From IMG/VR virus record IMGVR_UViG_3300025308_000073, positions 1 through 61,468 of that record: a DNA stretch of 61,468 nt; one strand, given 5' to 3'. Source of the stretch: a virus (taxonomy: Duplodnaviria; Caudoviricetes). Made by a program: the position numbers and the translations under genes. The notes below the pieces were generated by a model. The model was not told the DNA's origin and searched no databases. It worked only from the letters and a program-made list of their open reading frames with translations. Shown here in pieces: positions 34,551-43,930 of the stretch (the first letter of the stretch is position 1; the number at the start of each line of letters is the position of its first letter).

Positions 34551-35573
34551 ATGAAGCGCATCGGACATCTATACGAGCAGGCTTTTACCCGCGAGGCGTT
34601 GCTGATCGCATTTCACGCGGCAGCGCGCCATAAGCATGGAAAGCGCGCTTGCTTCAACTTCGAAAAGAGCTTGGCCAGCAACCTCGACGCATTACATCGC
34701 GAGCTGACTGACGGAAGTTACCAGCCGCGCCCGTATTACAGCTTCATGGTGCATGAGCCAAAGCCGCGCCGCATCTATGCGCCAGCATTCCGAGACCTGG
34801 TGGTGCAGCACGCCATCTATCGCGTGATCTCGCCTATTTTTGAACCCGGTTTTATCGCACAATCATTCGCCTGTCGCGTCGGCTATGGGACACACAAGGC
34901 GGCAGACTACGCGCAAAGCGCGCTACAGCGCATCCCGCGCGACAGCTACACACTCAAGCTGGATATTCGCAAATTCTTCTATCGCATCGACAGGTCGATT
35001 CTGCGCCAACAGATCGAGCGCAAGATCAAGGATGCGCGCTTTATCGAGATGATGATGCAATTCGCCGACCACGGCGAACCGCAAGGCATCCCCATCGGAA
35101 ATCTGCTGAGCCAGCTCTATGCGCTGATCTATCTAAACCCGCTGGATCACTATATCAAGCGCGAGCTGGGCATCAAGCACTACTGCCGCTACGTCGATGA
35201 CTTCGTGCTGTTCGGCATCAGCCGCGAACGCGCTGTCGAGTGCCAGCGCTTGATCGTTGATTTTATCCGGCGCGAGCTGAGCCTTGAGCTATCCAAGTCA
35301 ACCATCGCACCTATGGCGCGCGGCATCAACTTCGTCGGGTATCGCACCTGGGCGAGCCGCCGCTTCATTCGCCGTCATAGCCTTGGCAACTACCGCATAG
35401 CCATGTGCCGCGGCGAGATTGAATCCGCCGCATCTATTCTCGGCCATGCGCGCCGCACTCATTCTTTGCAGCACATGCTGCGCTTTTCAAGGGAGCACCA
35501 CCATGACCACCATCGTTGCCTACCAAAAATATATCGACTCGCTAATTACGCGCGAACTGCTGCTGCCGGTTGA
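34551..35573 (+). CDS. DGR2 reverse transcriptase
   Basis: MKRIGHLYEQ, RDLVVQHA, LDIRKFF, GIPIGNLLSQLYA, RYVDD, FVGY. Confidence 0.96.
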   Translation: MKRIGHLYEQAFTREALLIAFHAAARHKHGKRACFNFEKSLASNLDALHRELTDGSYQPRPYYSFMVHEPKPRRIYAPAFRDLVVQHAIYRVISPIFEPGFIAQSFACRVGYGTHKAADYAQSALQRIPRDSYTLKLDIRKFFYRIDRSILRQQIERKIKDARFIEMMMQFADHGEPQGIPIGNLLSQLYALIYLNPLDHYIKRELGIKHYCRYVDDFVLFGISRERAVECQRLIVDFIRRELSLELSKSTIAPMARGINFVGYRTWASRRFIRRHSLGNYRIAMCRGEIESAASILGHARRTHSLQHMLRFSREHHHDHHRCLPKIYRLANYARTAAAG

Positions 35574-35922
35574 CGCGGAAAACAACCGCCTCGGCACCGA
35601 GCTGGCGACAGTGGACGGCATCACCTACGTCTGCCTGCCAGCTGGCGCAGCGCTGCCACCCGACCAGCCGGACGAGATACTGGCAAGCATCGCAGAAAAC
35701 ATGACGCTCACCGCCGTGCAGATCGCCGTCATCAAGGATGCCAGCCCGCATGTGCGCCTGATTAACCAGCGCGTCGCCGCGATGATCGCAGCCGAATACA
35801 GTCTGGAGGACGAGATCAAGCTGCTGCGTACCGCGCCGTCGGCAGAATTCGACACCTACAACGCCCACGTCGAGGCGTGCCGGGCATGGGGTAGGGAAGA
35901 GAAGGCAAAGCTGGGGCTGTGA
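35503..35922 (+). CDS. hypothetical protein, possibly tail-fibre associated
   Basis: RBS AGGGAG before MTTIVAYQKY; overlaps the RT 3' end by 71 nt. Confidence 0.6.
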   Translation: MTTIVAYQKYIDSLITRELLLPVDAENNRLGTELATVDGITYVCLPAGAALPPDQPDEILASIAENMTLTAVQIAVIKDASPHVRLINQRVAAMIAAEYSLEDEIKLLRTAPSAEFDTYNAHVEACRAWGREEKAKLGL

Positions 35923-36362
35923 TGAGATACCCCCTAACCTTCTACGTAGACTCCCTCCCACCTGACGTCGGAGGTTGCGCCAACGGCCCGGTGATACGCA
36001 TCCTGAAAAAGTACCGCGACCGCAAGGACGAGGGCATTTATCAGCACGAACTACTGCACGTCAAACAGTGGTTTGCTGTCTCTGTATTCAGCGGGCTTGC
36101 GCTATTTTTCCTCGGCATGGTACTCACCGGCATCTTTGAAATAGATATGTTCGCCATGGCGCTGCTTGGGCTTGGAGTGCATTCGATCCTATCAAAGTTC
36201 GTGCCGGAGTACCGGCTTGCAATTGAAGTTGAGGCATACAAGAAGCAGTTGTGTTTTTACAACGACGACCGCTCAGAATTGTTCGCTGGATTTATCGCCA
36301 CCAGATACAACCTGAACATCACAAAAGAGAATGCACTGAAACTACTTAAGGGTGAGTTATGA
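35919..36362 (+). CDS. membrane protein with HExxH motif
   Basis: HELLHVKQ, two hydrophobic segments, then EVEAY. Confidence 0.6.
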   Translation: MMRYPLTFYVDSLPPDVGGCANGPVIRILKKYRDRKDEGIYQHELLHVKQWFAVSVFSGLALFFLGMVLTGIFEIDMFAMALLGLGVHSILSKFVPEYRLAIEVEAYKKQLCFYNDDRSELFAGFIATRYNLNITKENALKLLKGEL

Positions 36363-37978
36363 CCGGCTATGCAGTGCGGCAATTCAAGGGTATAGCGCCA
36401 AGAGCGGAGCCGCGCCTGCTACAAGAGAACCAGGCGCAGGTCGCGCTGAATTGCAAGCTGTGGCACGGATCATTGCGTCCATTACAGGCAAATCTATTTG
36501 TTGGCAATTTGAGTAAACCTGGAGTGATCCAGACTATTCACCGCTTCGGTCACGCTACGCCCTCCGACACGCAATACTGGTTTCATTGGGCTTCCGATGT
36601 CGATGTTTGCCGCGGGCAGGTATTTGGCGATGTTCAGGAGCGAACCTATTACACCGACGGGACGCTTCCAAAAGTGACCGATGGTACGCTGGCGCTGTCG
36701 GGCGGCGGCACAAATTACCCGAACGCCAGCTACACGCTTGGAATTCCACAGCCCGCCGCCGCTGCGACAGTGGCGCTCAATGGCGCAGGATCGGGTATCG
36801 CCGAGACGCGCGTTTACACCTACACCTATGTTTCAGCGTGGGGCGAAGAGGGGAAGCCTGCAGCCGCATCAGTTCCTATAGACGTACTGCCAGGACAGAC
36901 GGTTGACCTGTCAGCATTGAGTGGTGCGCCTACCGGGGCACACAACATCGTTACCAAGCGCATCTACCGCTCAGTATCGGGTAGTTTCGGCACGGCGTAC
37001 CTATTTGTCGCGGAAATCGCTGTGGCAACCACTTCATATAACGACGCTGTGGCGGCAGATAATCTCGGCGAGCAGTTGCCAAGCCTCGCTTATTCAATGC
37101 CGCCAGCCACACTGAAAGGATTGATCTCGCTACCGAACGGCATGATGGCCGGTTTCGACGGCAAGGATGTGTATTTTTGCGAGCCATATAAGCCGCACGC
37201 TTGGCCGTTGGCGTATGTGATGACCGTGGATTATGACGTGGTTGCATTGGGTGTAACCGATACCACGCTAGTGGTGTTGACGAAAGGCTTTCCGTACCTG
37301 ATGCAAGGAACGCACCCTGACAATATGAGCATGGTCAAGGCAGAAATCCCGCAGGCGTGCGTCTCGAAGCGATCTGTGGCGTTTCTTGGCGGTGCCGTGG
37401 TGTACGCCTCGCCGGATGGGATGTTCGCCATTGGCAACGGCACGATCAATCTCACCGAGCAGATTTTTACCAACAACGAGTGGCGCGCATTCTTCAAGCC
37501 GGATTCGATTCATGGCTACGTCTACGACGATAAGTACATCGGTTTCTACGATACTGGATCGGTACAAGGCGGGTTTATCATCGATCCGAAGCGCGGCGAC
37601 TTTACCATGCTGGACTGGTACGCCACGGCTGGCTACTACGACCCGCAGCGCGACGCGCTTTTCCTGGTGGTCAGCGGGTTGCTGGTCAAATTTGACGAAG
37701 GCGTTACCTACCTGACTGCATTGTGGCGCTCCAAAGTGTTCTACTCGCCACGCCCGGTCAATCTGGGCGCGATCCGCGTGGAGGCGGCGACCTACCCGGT
37801 GAGTGTGCAGGTATTTGCCGATGGGGTTTCAAAGGGAACATTTTCGATTACCAGCGGAATGGCGCAGCGGCTTCCTTCCGGATACACCGCAAAGACGTTT
37901 GAGTTTCTCGTATCATCTGCGGTCGAGGTGTACTCAGTCGCATTCGCCGAATCCATGGCGGAGCTGGCAAATGTCTAA
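36359..37978 (+). CDS. tail tubular/nozzle protein
   Basis: FKGIAPR...L....AQ.A.NC.L, YTYTYVSAWGEEG.P, FCEPY.PHAWP. Confidence 0.65.
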   Translation: MTGYAVRQFKGIAPRAEPRLLQENQAQVALNCKLWHGSLRPLQANLFVGNLSKPGVIQTIHRFGHATPSDTQYWFHWASDVDVCRGQVFGDVQERTYYTDGTLPKVTDGTLALSGGGTNYPNASYTLGIPQPAAAATVALNGAGSGIAETRVYTYTYVSAWGEEGKPAAASVPIDVLPGQTVDLSALSGAPTGAHNIVTKRIYRSVSGSFGTAYLFVAEIAVATTSYNDAVAADNLGEQLPSLAYSMPPATLKGLISLPNGMMAGFDGKDVYFCEPYKPHAWPLAYVMTVDYDVVALGVTDTTLVVLTKGFPYLMQGTHPDNMSMVKAEIPQACVSKRSVAFLGGAVVYASPDGMFAIGNGTINLTEQIFTNNEWRAFFKPDSIHGYVYDDKYIGFYDTGSVQGGFIIDPKRGDFTMLDWYATAGYYDPQRDALFLVVSGLLVKFDEGVTYLTALWRSKVFYSPRPVNLGAIRVEAATYPVSVQVFADGVSKGTFSITSGMAQRLPSGYTAKTFEFLVSSAVEVYSVAFAESMAELANV

Positions 37979-40900
37979 TTGGGGCGGCCTGCCATCCATC
38001 GTCTCGGCGCTGCCGAACGATCTGCGCAACTTCTTGCAGCGCGTCAAGGAAACGCTCGACGGCGCGATGACCGGAAACAGCCGGTTTGTCACGGTCAATG
38101 ACCTGGTGAACGGAAACGTCGCCACGATTGACCAGTACGGTAACGTCACCAACGGCAATCTGTCGTTCGATTACACCCAGCCGCCGGCACCGACCAACCT
38201 GGTAGCGGCTGGCGCGCTTACCACGATCATGCTGCAATGGGATGATCCGCTGTATGCGAATCTTGCTCATGCGGAGATATGGCGCGCCAGCGTGGACAAT
38301 CAAGGCGTGGCGGTGTTGATAGGCACTTCGTCAGGTGTACTGTACGCCGATTCAGTGGATGCGCAGTCGTCCTACTATTATTGGGTGAGGTTTGTTTCCA
38401 AGGCGAACATAACCGGGGCATTCAACGCGATCAATGGGGTGCTTGGCACGACCAGCGCCGACCCATCGGCAATGCTGGAGATTCTGGGTGGGCAGATCAC
38501 GGCGAGCCAGCTTCATGCCGCATTAAACAGCCGCATCGACCTGATCGACACCCCGGCCACCGGGCTGATTGCGCAGGTCGGCACAATCAATTCGCTGACC
38601 GTCCCGACGCTCAACGAGCAAGCAGATAAGCTGGCGTTTGCCATCAACGAGCTTTCCTTGCAGGCAAGCGCCGCGCAGCAAAAGCTGTTGTTCAGCAAGG
38701 CCATTACCGACGCGACGATCACCGTCGATCCTGCAACCGGAACGATCACGCTGAATGCAGTTGAAGCATTAAAAAATGGCTCGGACATTACGCTGAACAC
38801 CGTGGAAACCACGCTGAACGCGCATGATGCCAGCATCATTTCCAATGCCAGCTCGATAAGTTCCGTATCTGGCCGCATGACAAGTGCGGAATCCACTATC
38901 GCGCAGCATTCGTCAGACATCGCACTACGCGCCACAAAGACTGAGCTGAACGACGCAGCCGCTGCAATTCTGGCCGGGTTTACGCCAGCCTATACCTGGG
39001 CATTCAACGGTACGACTGAAAGCTGGACGGCAAATTCTGCCACATTGACCGCATACAGCTACGATATTGAAGTTGCTGAAACAGGTGCTGGTGCATACAT
39101 TGACAGCCCGGTCATTTCGGTTGATGGTTCCATGTACTCGCTGGTCTACCTCAAAATGGACAAGAAGGCCGGAACGGGTTGGACTGGAAAGATTCAATAC
39201 CAGACCGCCGGGCACGGATATTCTGACGCGCACCACAAGGTATTTGCAGAGCCAGCATGGGATGCAACCTACAAGGTGCTGGCGCTGGATATGTCCACGC
39301 TAACGGCTGGAGGCAATGACTGGGAAACCAGCACGATCACCGGCATACGGATTTTCTTGGGCGCAGGTAGTGGCGATACAACAGACATTGACACCATCGA
39401 GATCGGCAAGAGCCAGATTGACCAGATACTGACCGCAGACATCAACGCCCGACTGGGCGCGGCGGAAATCACTATCGACGCCAATACGGCGGCAATCGCA
39501 CTAAAGGCCAGCGAGACGACGGTGGCAGGCCATACGGTGCGGCTCGGAACGGCAGAAGCCACCATTGATGCCCATACGGCAAGTATCAACCTGAAAGCGA
39601 ACAGCACAACAGTCACCGCCATAGATGCCCGCCTCGGCGTGGCTGAGGTCGATATTGACGCGAACACGGCCAGCATCGCCTTGAAGGCATCACAGACCAC
39701 AGTTACCGCGCTGGATACAAGAGTCTCAACGGCAGAAGCGAATATTGACGCGAACACGGGCAGCATTTCGCTCACAACCTCGCAGGCGCAGGACGCGACA
39801 AGCAACGTCAATGCCGTCGGAGATTCGCTGCTGTCCGCGCTGCTCGGGTTGGACAACACGCTTGGGCGGGATCGCGCTTCTTCGTATGGCGTGGCTACGG
39901 CGATGCTGGAAATTTCCTCTGCCGTTGACGCGCTCGGAGCTGAGGCAGCAGCACGGCTATTGCTGGAGGCGGCCTACCAGAGCACGGCGGCGGCATTATC
40001 CAACAACTACTACACCAAAGCGGCGGCGGATGCAGCGGTAGCCAGTTACACCGCCAGCATGTCGGCGGCAGCATTCAAGCAGCGCATTTACCGGCAGCCT
40101 GCCGCGCCGACCAGCGTAACGCTGTTCACTGGGGATGTGTGGATCGACACGGCCAATAATTGCCGGATCAGTTATTGGGACGGAACGGCGTGGCAGCTTT
40201 CGCAAGATACGCGCATTGCGGCCAATGCTGCGGCGATTATATTGGAGCAAACGGCCAGGGCTGACGGGGACAGCGCGAACGCAAGCAGCATCAGCCAAGT
40301 GCAGGCACGGCTCGATGCCGGCGACTATGCCGCAGTAAAAATAGAGTCGTCAGCCAATGCCTCGGCGATTGCCGGGCTTTCTGTCGAGTACAGCCTGAAG
40401 CTGGACGTGAACGGCTTTGTTTCCGGCTACGGCACGGTGAACGATGGGACGAGCAGCGAATTCCTGATCGCCGCCAACAAGTTCGGCATCGTCGCGCCGA
40501 CGCTGAATTCCGATACTGAACCGGTCACGAAGTATCACGGCCTGATCTGGAAGAACATCAGCGCCGGAACGGTGGCCGGGGTTCCACCAGGAGCAAGCCG
40601 CCGCTGGGTGGTTGTGAGTGCGGTCGGTAGCTGGCAACTGGTCGGCTTCGGCGCGCTGCCGTTCGCGGTACTGACGACAGCCACAACGATCAACGGCACC
40701 GAGTTTCAGCCCGGCGTGTATATCGATGGCGCGAGTATCGTTGAAGCGACCATCGGGAATGCGCAGATCGGCACCGAGGCGGTGGATAACTCGAAGATCG
40801 CCGATGTCAGCGCGGCCAAGATCACCTTCGGCGAAATGAGCGGCGACCGGATCGCGGCAAACAGCCTGGACGCAGACCGGATTAAGGCTGGCACTCTGAT

Positions 40901-42218
40901 GGCTGGCTCATGGATTAAGGTGCAAGCGCCTGGCGCATCCTACGGCACGACCATTCACGCGGATGGGTATATTGAAACGGAAGGGGCGCTTGATAAAACA
41001 AGGATGACGGATGGGAACGTCATCACTTATCGCAAGGTTGGCGGCGTCGATTACCAGTACCAATCCCTTTCAAGGGTTGAAACCGGGGTTGCGGTCAACG
41101 ATACGGTTGTCACGATACCCGGATATTTCCCGACTCAACCCAAGGTGCTTGTGAGTCCTGCGGCGTTGACGCTGTATAAAACGAGCTATTCCAATCAGGA
41201 TCAGTTGGTCAGGTGCGAGGTATTGAACCTGCAAGAAACCAGTGCGGGATCTATGCAGTGGCAGTTCACGCCGCGCGCTCAACTGGAGCTGGCGGCCAAT
41301 ACCGGCATGACGGTGCTGAATGCAACGTATGGCCCGATTTCAACCGATGATCCGTATGTATCCGCTGCGCAAACAACGGTGGCAAACTGCATCAGCATAA
41401 TGGTGAACATAAGCTTGCTGTCGGTGCGCGGCAACGGCGCTAGCCAGTATTACCAACGCAAGGTTTCGTGGCGGGTTGGATACCGCACATCAGGAAGCGC
41501 AGAAGCGTACACCTACACCACAGCCCAGGTGAAAGCGATCGGTGAAATCACATCAGGGACGGTGACGGACAACAAGGAGGTAACATTCCCAAGCGCAGGA
41601 ACATGGCAATTCATTGTCGAGTACACAGCATCAGACGTAACCCCTCAGGTGCTGTTCGGTTCAGTAACCTATGACTACACTACCGACACGCGCTCATCCG
41701 CAGGCGAAGTGACAAACCAGATAAGCGCACAGGGATCGAATTCAACCACAATAAATCTTGGTTCTTATACGCCGCCTTCTGGTTACACGGTTTACCAAGT
41801 AGATTACTCGGTTCAATATGCGTACTACGTCTATGCCACAGCTTCGCAGACACTAAGCTCATCCGCGTATGTTCAAAATAGCACTGCGGGGGTTTATAAA
41901 TACGTACAGCCAAGTTGGCCTTTGTACACATCTCTAAGTGATGGGTCATCAACACTTGGCAATTACGCAACCAAGACATTCAGCACGGGATCATATTCGC
42001 CGTCAATTTCATTAACCAATACGGTATACAGCAATGGAGCGGCAGCGATAGCCAAGTCTGGATTGAAAAACGCTACAGCAACGATCTACAGCAGAAGGCC
42101 GACACCAAACACAACAACTCCGTCCAACACCTACAAATTAGATAGCTACAACTTTAACCTTTCTTCTGCTCAAGTGCTGGCATCTGGCACTCTGAACTGG
42201 ATGGCGATCGGCGCGTAA
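37971..42218 (+). CDS. large tail/host-specificity protein
   Basis: FnIII-like N-terminus (YYYWVRFV), coiled-coil repeats, YSLKLDVNGFVSGYG...FLIAANKFGI and GVYIDGASI..ATI segments resembling J/DUF1983 tail-tip proteins. Confidence 0.75.
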   Translation: MSNWGGLPSIVSALPNDLRNFLQRVKETLDGAMTGNSRFVTVNDLVNGNVATIDQYGNVTNGNLSFDYTQPPAPTNLVAAGALTTIMLQWDDPLYANLAHAEIWRASVDNQGVAVLIGTSSGVLYADSVDAQSSYYYWVRFVSKANITGAFNAINGVLGTTSADPSAMLEILGGQITASQLHAALNSRIDLIDTPATGLIAQVGTINSLTVPTLNEQADKLAFAINELSLQASAAQQKLLFSKAITDATITVDPATGTITLNAVEALKNGSDITLNTVETTLNAHDASIISNASSISSVSGRMTSAESTIAQHSSDIALRATKTELNDAAAAILAGFTPAYTWAFNGTTESWTANSATLTAYSYDIEVAETGAGAYIDSPVISVDGSMYSLVYLKMDKKAGTGWTGKIQYQTAGHGYSDAHHKVFAEPAWDATYKVLALDMSTLTAGGNDWETSTITGIRIFLGAGSGDTTDIDTIEIGKSQIDQILTADINARLGAAEITIDANTAAIALKASETTVAGHTVRLGTAEATIDAHTASINLKANSTTVTAIDARLGVAEVDIDANTASIALKASQTTVTALDTRVSTAEANIDANTGSISLTTSQAQDATSNVNAVGDSLLSALLGLDNTLGRDRASSYGVATAMLEISSAVDALGAEAAARLLLEAAYQSTAAALSNNYYTKAAADAAVASYTASMSAAAFKQRIYRQPAAPTSVTLFTGDVWIDTANNCRISYWDGTAWQLSQDTRIAANAAAIILEQTARADGDSANASSISQVQARLDAGDYAAVKIESSANASAIAGLSVEYSLKLDVNGFVSGYGTVNDGTSSEFLIAANKFGIVAPTLNSDTEPVTKYHGLIWKNISAGTVAGVPPGASRRWVVVSAVGSWQLVGFGALPFAVLTTATTINGTEFQPGVYIDGASIVEATIGNAQIGTEAVDNSKIADVSAAKITFGEMSGDRIAANSLDADRIKAGTLMAGSWIKVQAPGASYGTTIHADGYIETEGALDKTRMTDGNVITYRKVGGVDYQYQSLSRVETGVAVNDTVVTIPGYFPTQPKVLVSPAALTLYKTSYSNQDQLVRCEVLNLQETSAGSMQWQFTPRAQLELAANTGMTVLNATYGPISTDDPYVSAAQTTVANCISIMVNISLLSVRGNGASQYYQRKVSWRVGYRTSGSAEAYTYTTAQVKAIGEITSGTVTDNKEVTFPSAGTWQFIVEYTASDVTPQVLFGSVTYDYTTDTRSSAGEVTNQISAQGSNSTTINLGSYTPPSGYTVYQVDYSVQYAYYVYATASQTLSSSAYVQNSTAGVYKYVQPSWPLYTSLSDGSSTLGNYATKTFSTGSYSPSISLTNTVYSNGAAAIAKSGLKNATATIYSRRPTPNTTTPSNTYKLDSYNFNLSSAQVLASGTLNWMAIGA
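39445..39780 (+). repeat. four ~90-nt (30-aa) coding repeats in the tail protein
   Basis: R[LV]xxAExxIDA[NH]TxxIxL at ~39449, 39538, 39628 and 39718. Confidence 0.8.
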
Positions 42219-42224
42219 TCAACG

Positions 42225-42256
42225 CTTGATTTTCCCAAAAAATCAGGTAGAAGTAA
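42225..42256 (+). promoter_or_regulatory. second copy of the putative late-promoter motif
   Basis: CTTGATT-16-TAGAAGTAA upstream of the ejection-protein module. Confidence 0.5.
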
Positions 42257-42283
42257 CAGGCAAGCTCTCCAATTGAGGTTGCC

Positions 42284-42748
42284 ATGTCAGATGACCGCGA
42301 ATACCTGCTGTACGCTTACCAAGGCAACGTCGATGCGGTGTCGCTGGTGCTGGCAATCGCTGAAATATCCCATATCTGGGATGACATGATCGATAAAGAC
42401 AAGCCAGTGACAGATGCGCAGATCAACCGCGCTTTCTCAATCGCGCTGTTGGAACTCCCAAAGAACCCGTTTTATCAGGTGCACTGCCTGGACTTGCTGC
42501 CGGTGATGACGACCGGCACGCTCAATTGGCTCACGGCCAACGAATACGAAAAGACTCAAAACAAAGAAGCACACGCGCTGGCGCATGTGATGCGCTACGG
42601 CATCGCCGATCTGGTGCTGTTCGTCGCCTACCTGATTGGCGGACAGGAGTGGGCGCAGCAGGTCGCGCCTGAGTTACGCCGCATCAGCCAGAAGGACACG
42701 CTGGAAAACTATCTTTCCGAAGTAAGGAGCAAGCACCATGAAACTTAA
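42284..42748 (+). CDS. hypothetical helical protein with DDxxD motif
   Basis: RBS GAGGT; HIWDDMIDKD...LPKNPFY. Confidence 0.6.
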   Translation: MSDDREYLLYAYQGNVDAVSLVLAIAEISHIWDDMIDKDKPVTDAQINRAFSIALLELPKNPFYQVHCLDLLPVMTTGTLNWLTANEYEKTQNKEAHALAHVMRYGIADLVLFVAYLIGGQEWAQQVAPELRRISQKDTLENYLSEVRSKHHET

Positions 42749-43928
42749 ATCATCCCGCAAGTTCGATGCCGCACTGGAAAATCCGTTTACATGCTATCTC
42801 GATCTTGGCGGTGGCGGTTCTGCGCCGGCCCCTGACCCGGCTATCGGTGCAGCTGCGCAGCAAAACGCCGAAGTGGCGAGGGAAGCGCTGACCTTCAACA
42901 AGCAGGTCTATGCCGACAACCAGCCACGCCAGGCAGCCTCTGATGCGCTGGCAACGCGAGTTGTCAACGACCAGCTCGCCATAAGCCAGCAGAACCAGAC
43001 GCAGGCCGCCGATCAGTGGAATCGCTTTCAGACGATATTTGCACCAGTCGAAGAACAAACGGTCGCAGATGCCACCAACATCGATTCTGCAGGTGAGTTG
43101 GCACGCGCATCAGGCGAGGCTGCCACCGGTGTGCAGACGCAGTTCGACAATGCCGCCGGTCAGCGGGCGCGCAGTCAGGCGGCGATGGGGATCAACCCGA
43201 ATTCAGGACGCGCCATGGCGATGGATAGCGAGGCGCAGCTCGGGCTTGCCGCATCCAAGGCTGGCGCATCCAACAACGCCCGGCTGGTAGCGCGGGATCG
43301 TGGGATTGCGCTGCGCGCCGGTGTGGCCAACTTCGGGCGCAACATGCCGAACACTGCCGCTAACGCCTACTCCACGGCGATCACTGGCGGCAACAGCGCG
43401 ATGAATAACCAGAACTCGACGATGGCAACCGCCAACTCCAATGCGGGGCAGATGAATCAAGGTTTCAACACCTCGATCAACGGCACCAATTCTGCGATGC
43501 AGGGGCTGAATCAACAGTACAGCAACCAATTGTCTGCGTTCAACAGCCAAGTTGCACAGGACAACAATAATTTCAATAACTCAATGCGAACGGTAGGGAC
43601 TGTGGCTGCCTTATTCGCATCATCTAAAAAAATCAAGACAAACAAGCAGCCCATCGAGGACGCGAAAATACTCAGTGAGGTCAAGACGCTGCCGGTGGAA
43701 AAGTGGGACTACAAGGGCGGCGAAGGTGATAGCGGCGAGCATGTCGGGCCGTATGCCGAGGATGTGCAGGCCAAGTTCGGCGACAAGGCAGCCCCTGGTG
43801 GTAAGGCTATCGACATTATCTCGATGAACGGTATCACGCTATCGGCAGTGAAGGGCTTATCCAAGCAGGTGGACAAGCTGGAAAAGAAAGTCGCAAACAT
43901 CGCCGCGCGCGGCATCAGGAGGGCGTAA
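42738..43928 (+). CDS. virion/ejection protein with C-terminal peptidase S74-like chaperone domain
   Basis: Ala/Asn/Gln-rich body; SSKKIKTN...LPVEKWDYK...HVGPYAEDV. Confidence 0.7.
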   Translation: MKLKSSRKFDAALENPFTCYLDLGGGGSAPAPDPAIGAAAQQNAEVAREALTFNKQVYADNQPRQAASDALATRVVNDQLAISQQNQTQAADQWNRFQTIFAPVEEQTVADATNIDSAGELARASGEAATGVQTQFDNAAGQRARSQAAMGINPNSGRAMAMDSEAQLGLAASKAGASNNARLVARDRGIALRAGVANFGRNMPNTAANAYSTAITGGNSAMNNQNSTMATANSNAGQMNQGFNTSINGTNSAMQGLNQQYSNQLSAFNSQVAQDNNNFNNSMRTVGTVAALFASSKKIKTNKQPIEDAKILSEVKTLPVEKWDYKGGEGDSGEHVGPYAEDVQAKFGDKAAPGGKAIDIISMNGITLSAVKGLSKQVDKLEKKVANIAARGIRRA

Positions 43929-43930
43929 TC

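Larger units (their letters stand above)
31645..35573 (+). mobile_element. diversity-generating retroelement DGR2 (target-avd-TR-RT, BPP-1-like order)
   Basis: All four components present with adenine-specific TR/VR mismatches. Confidence 0.95.
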
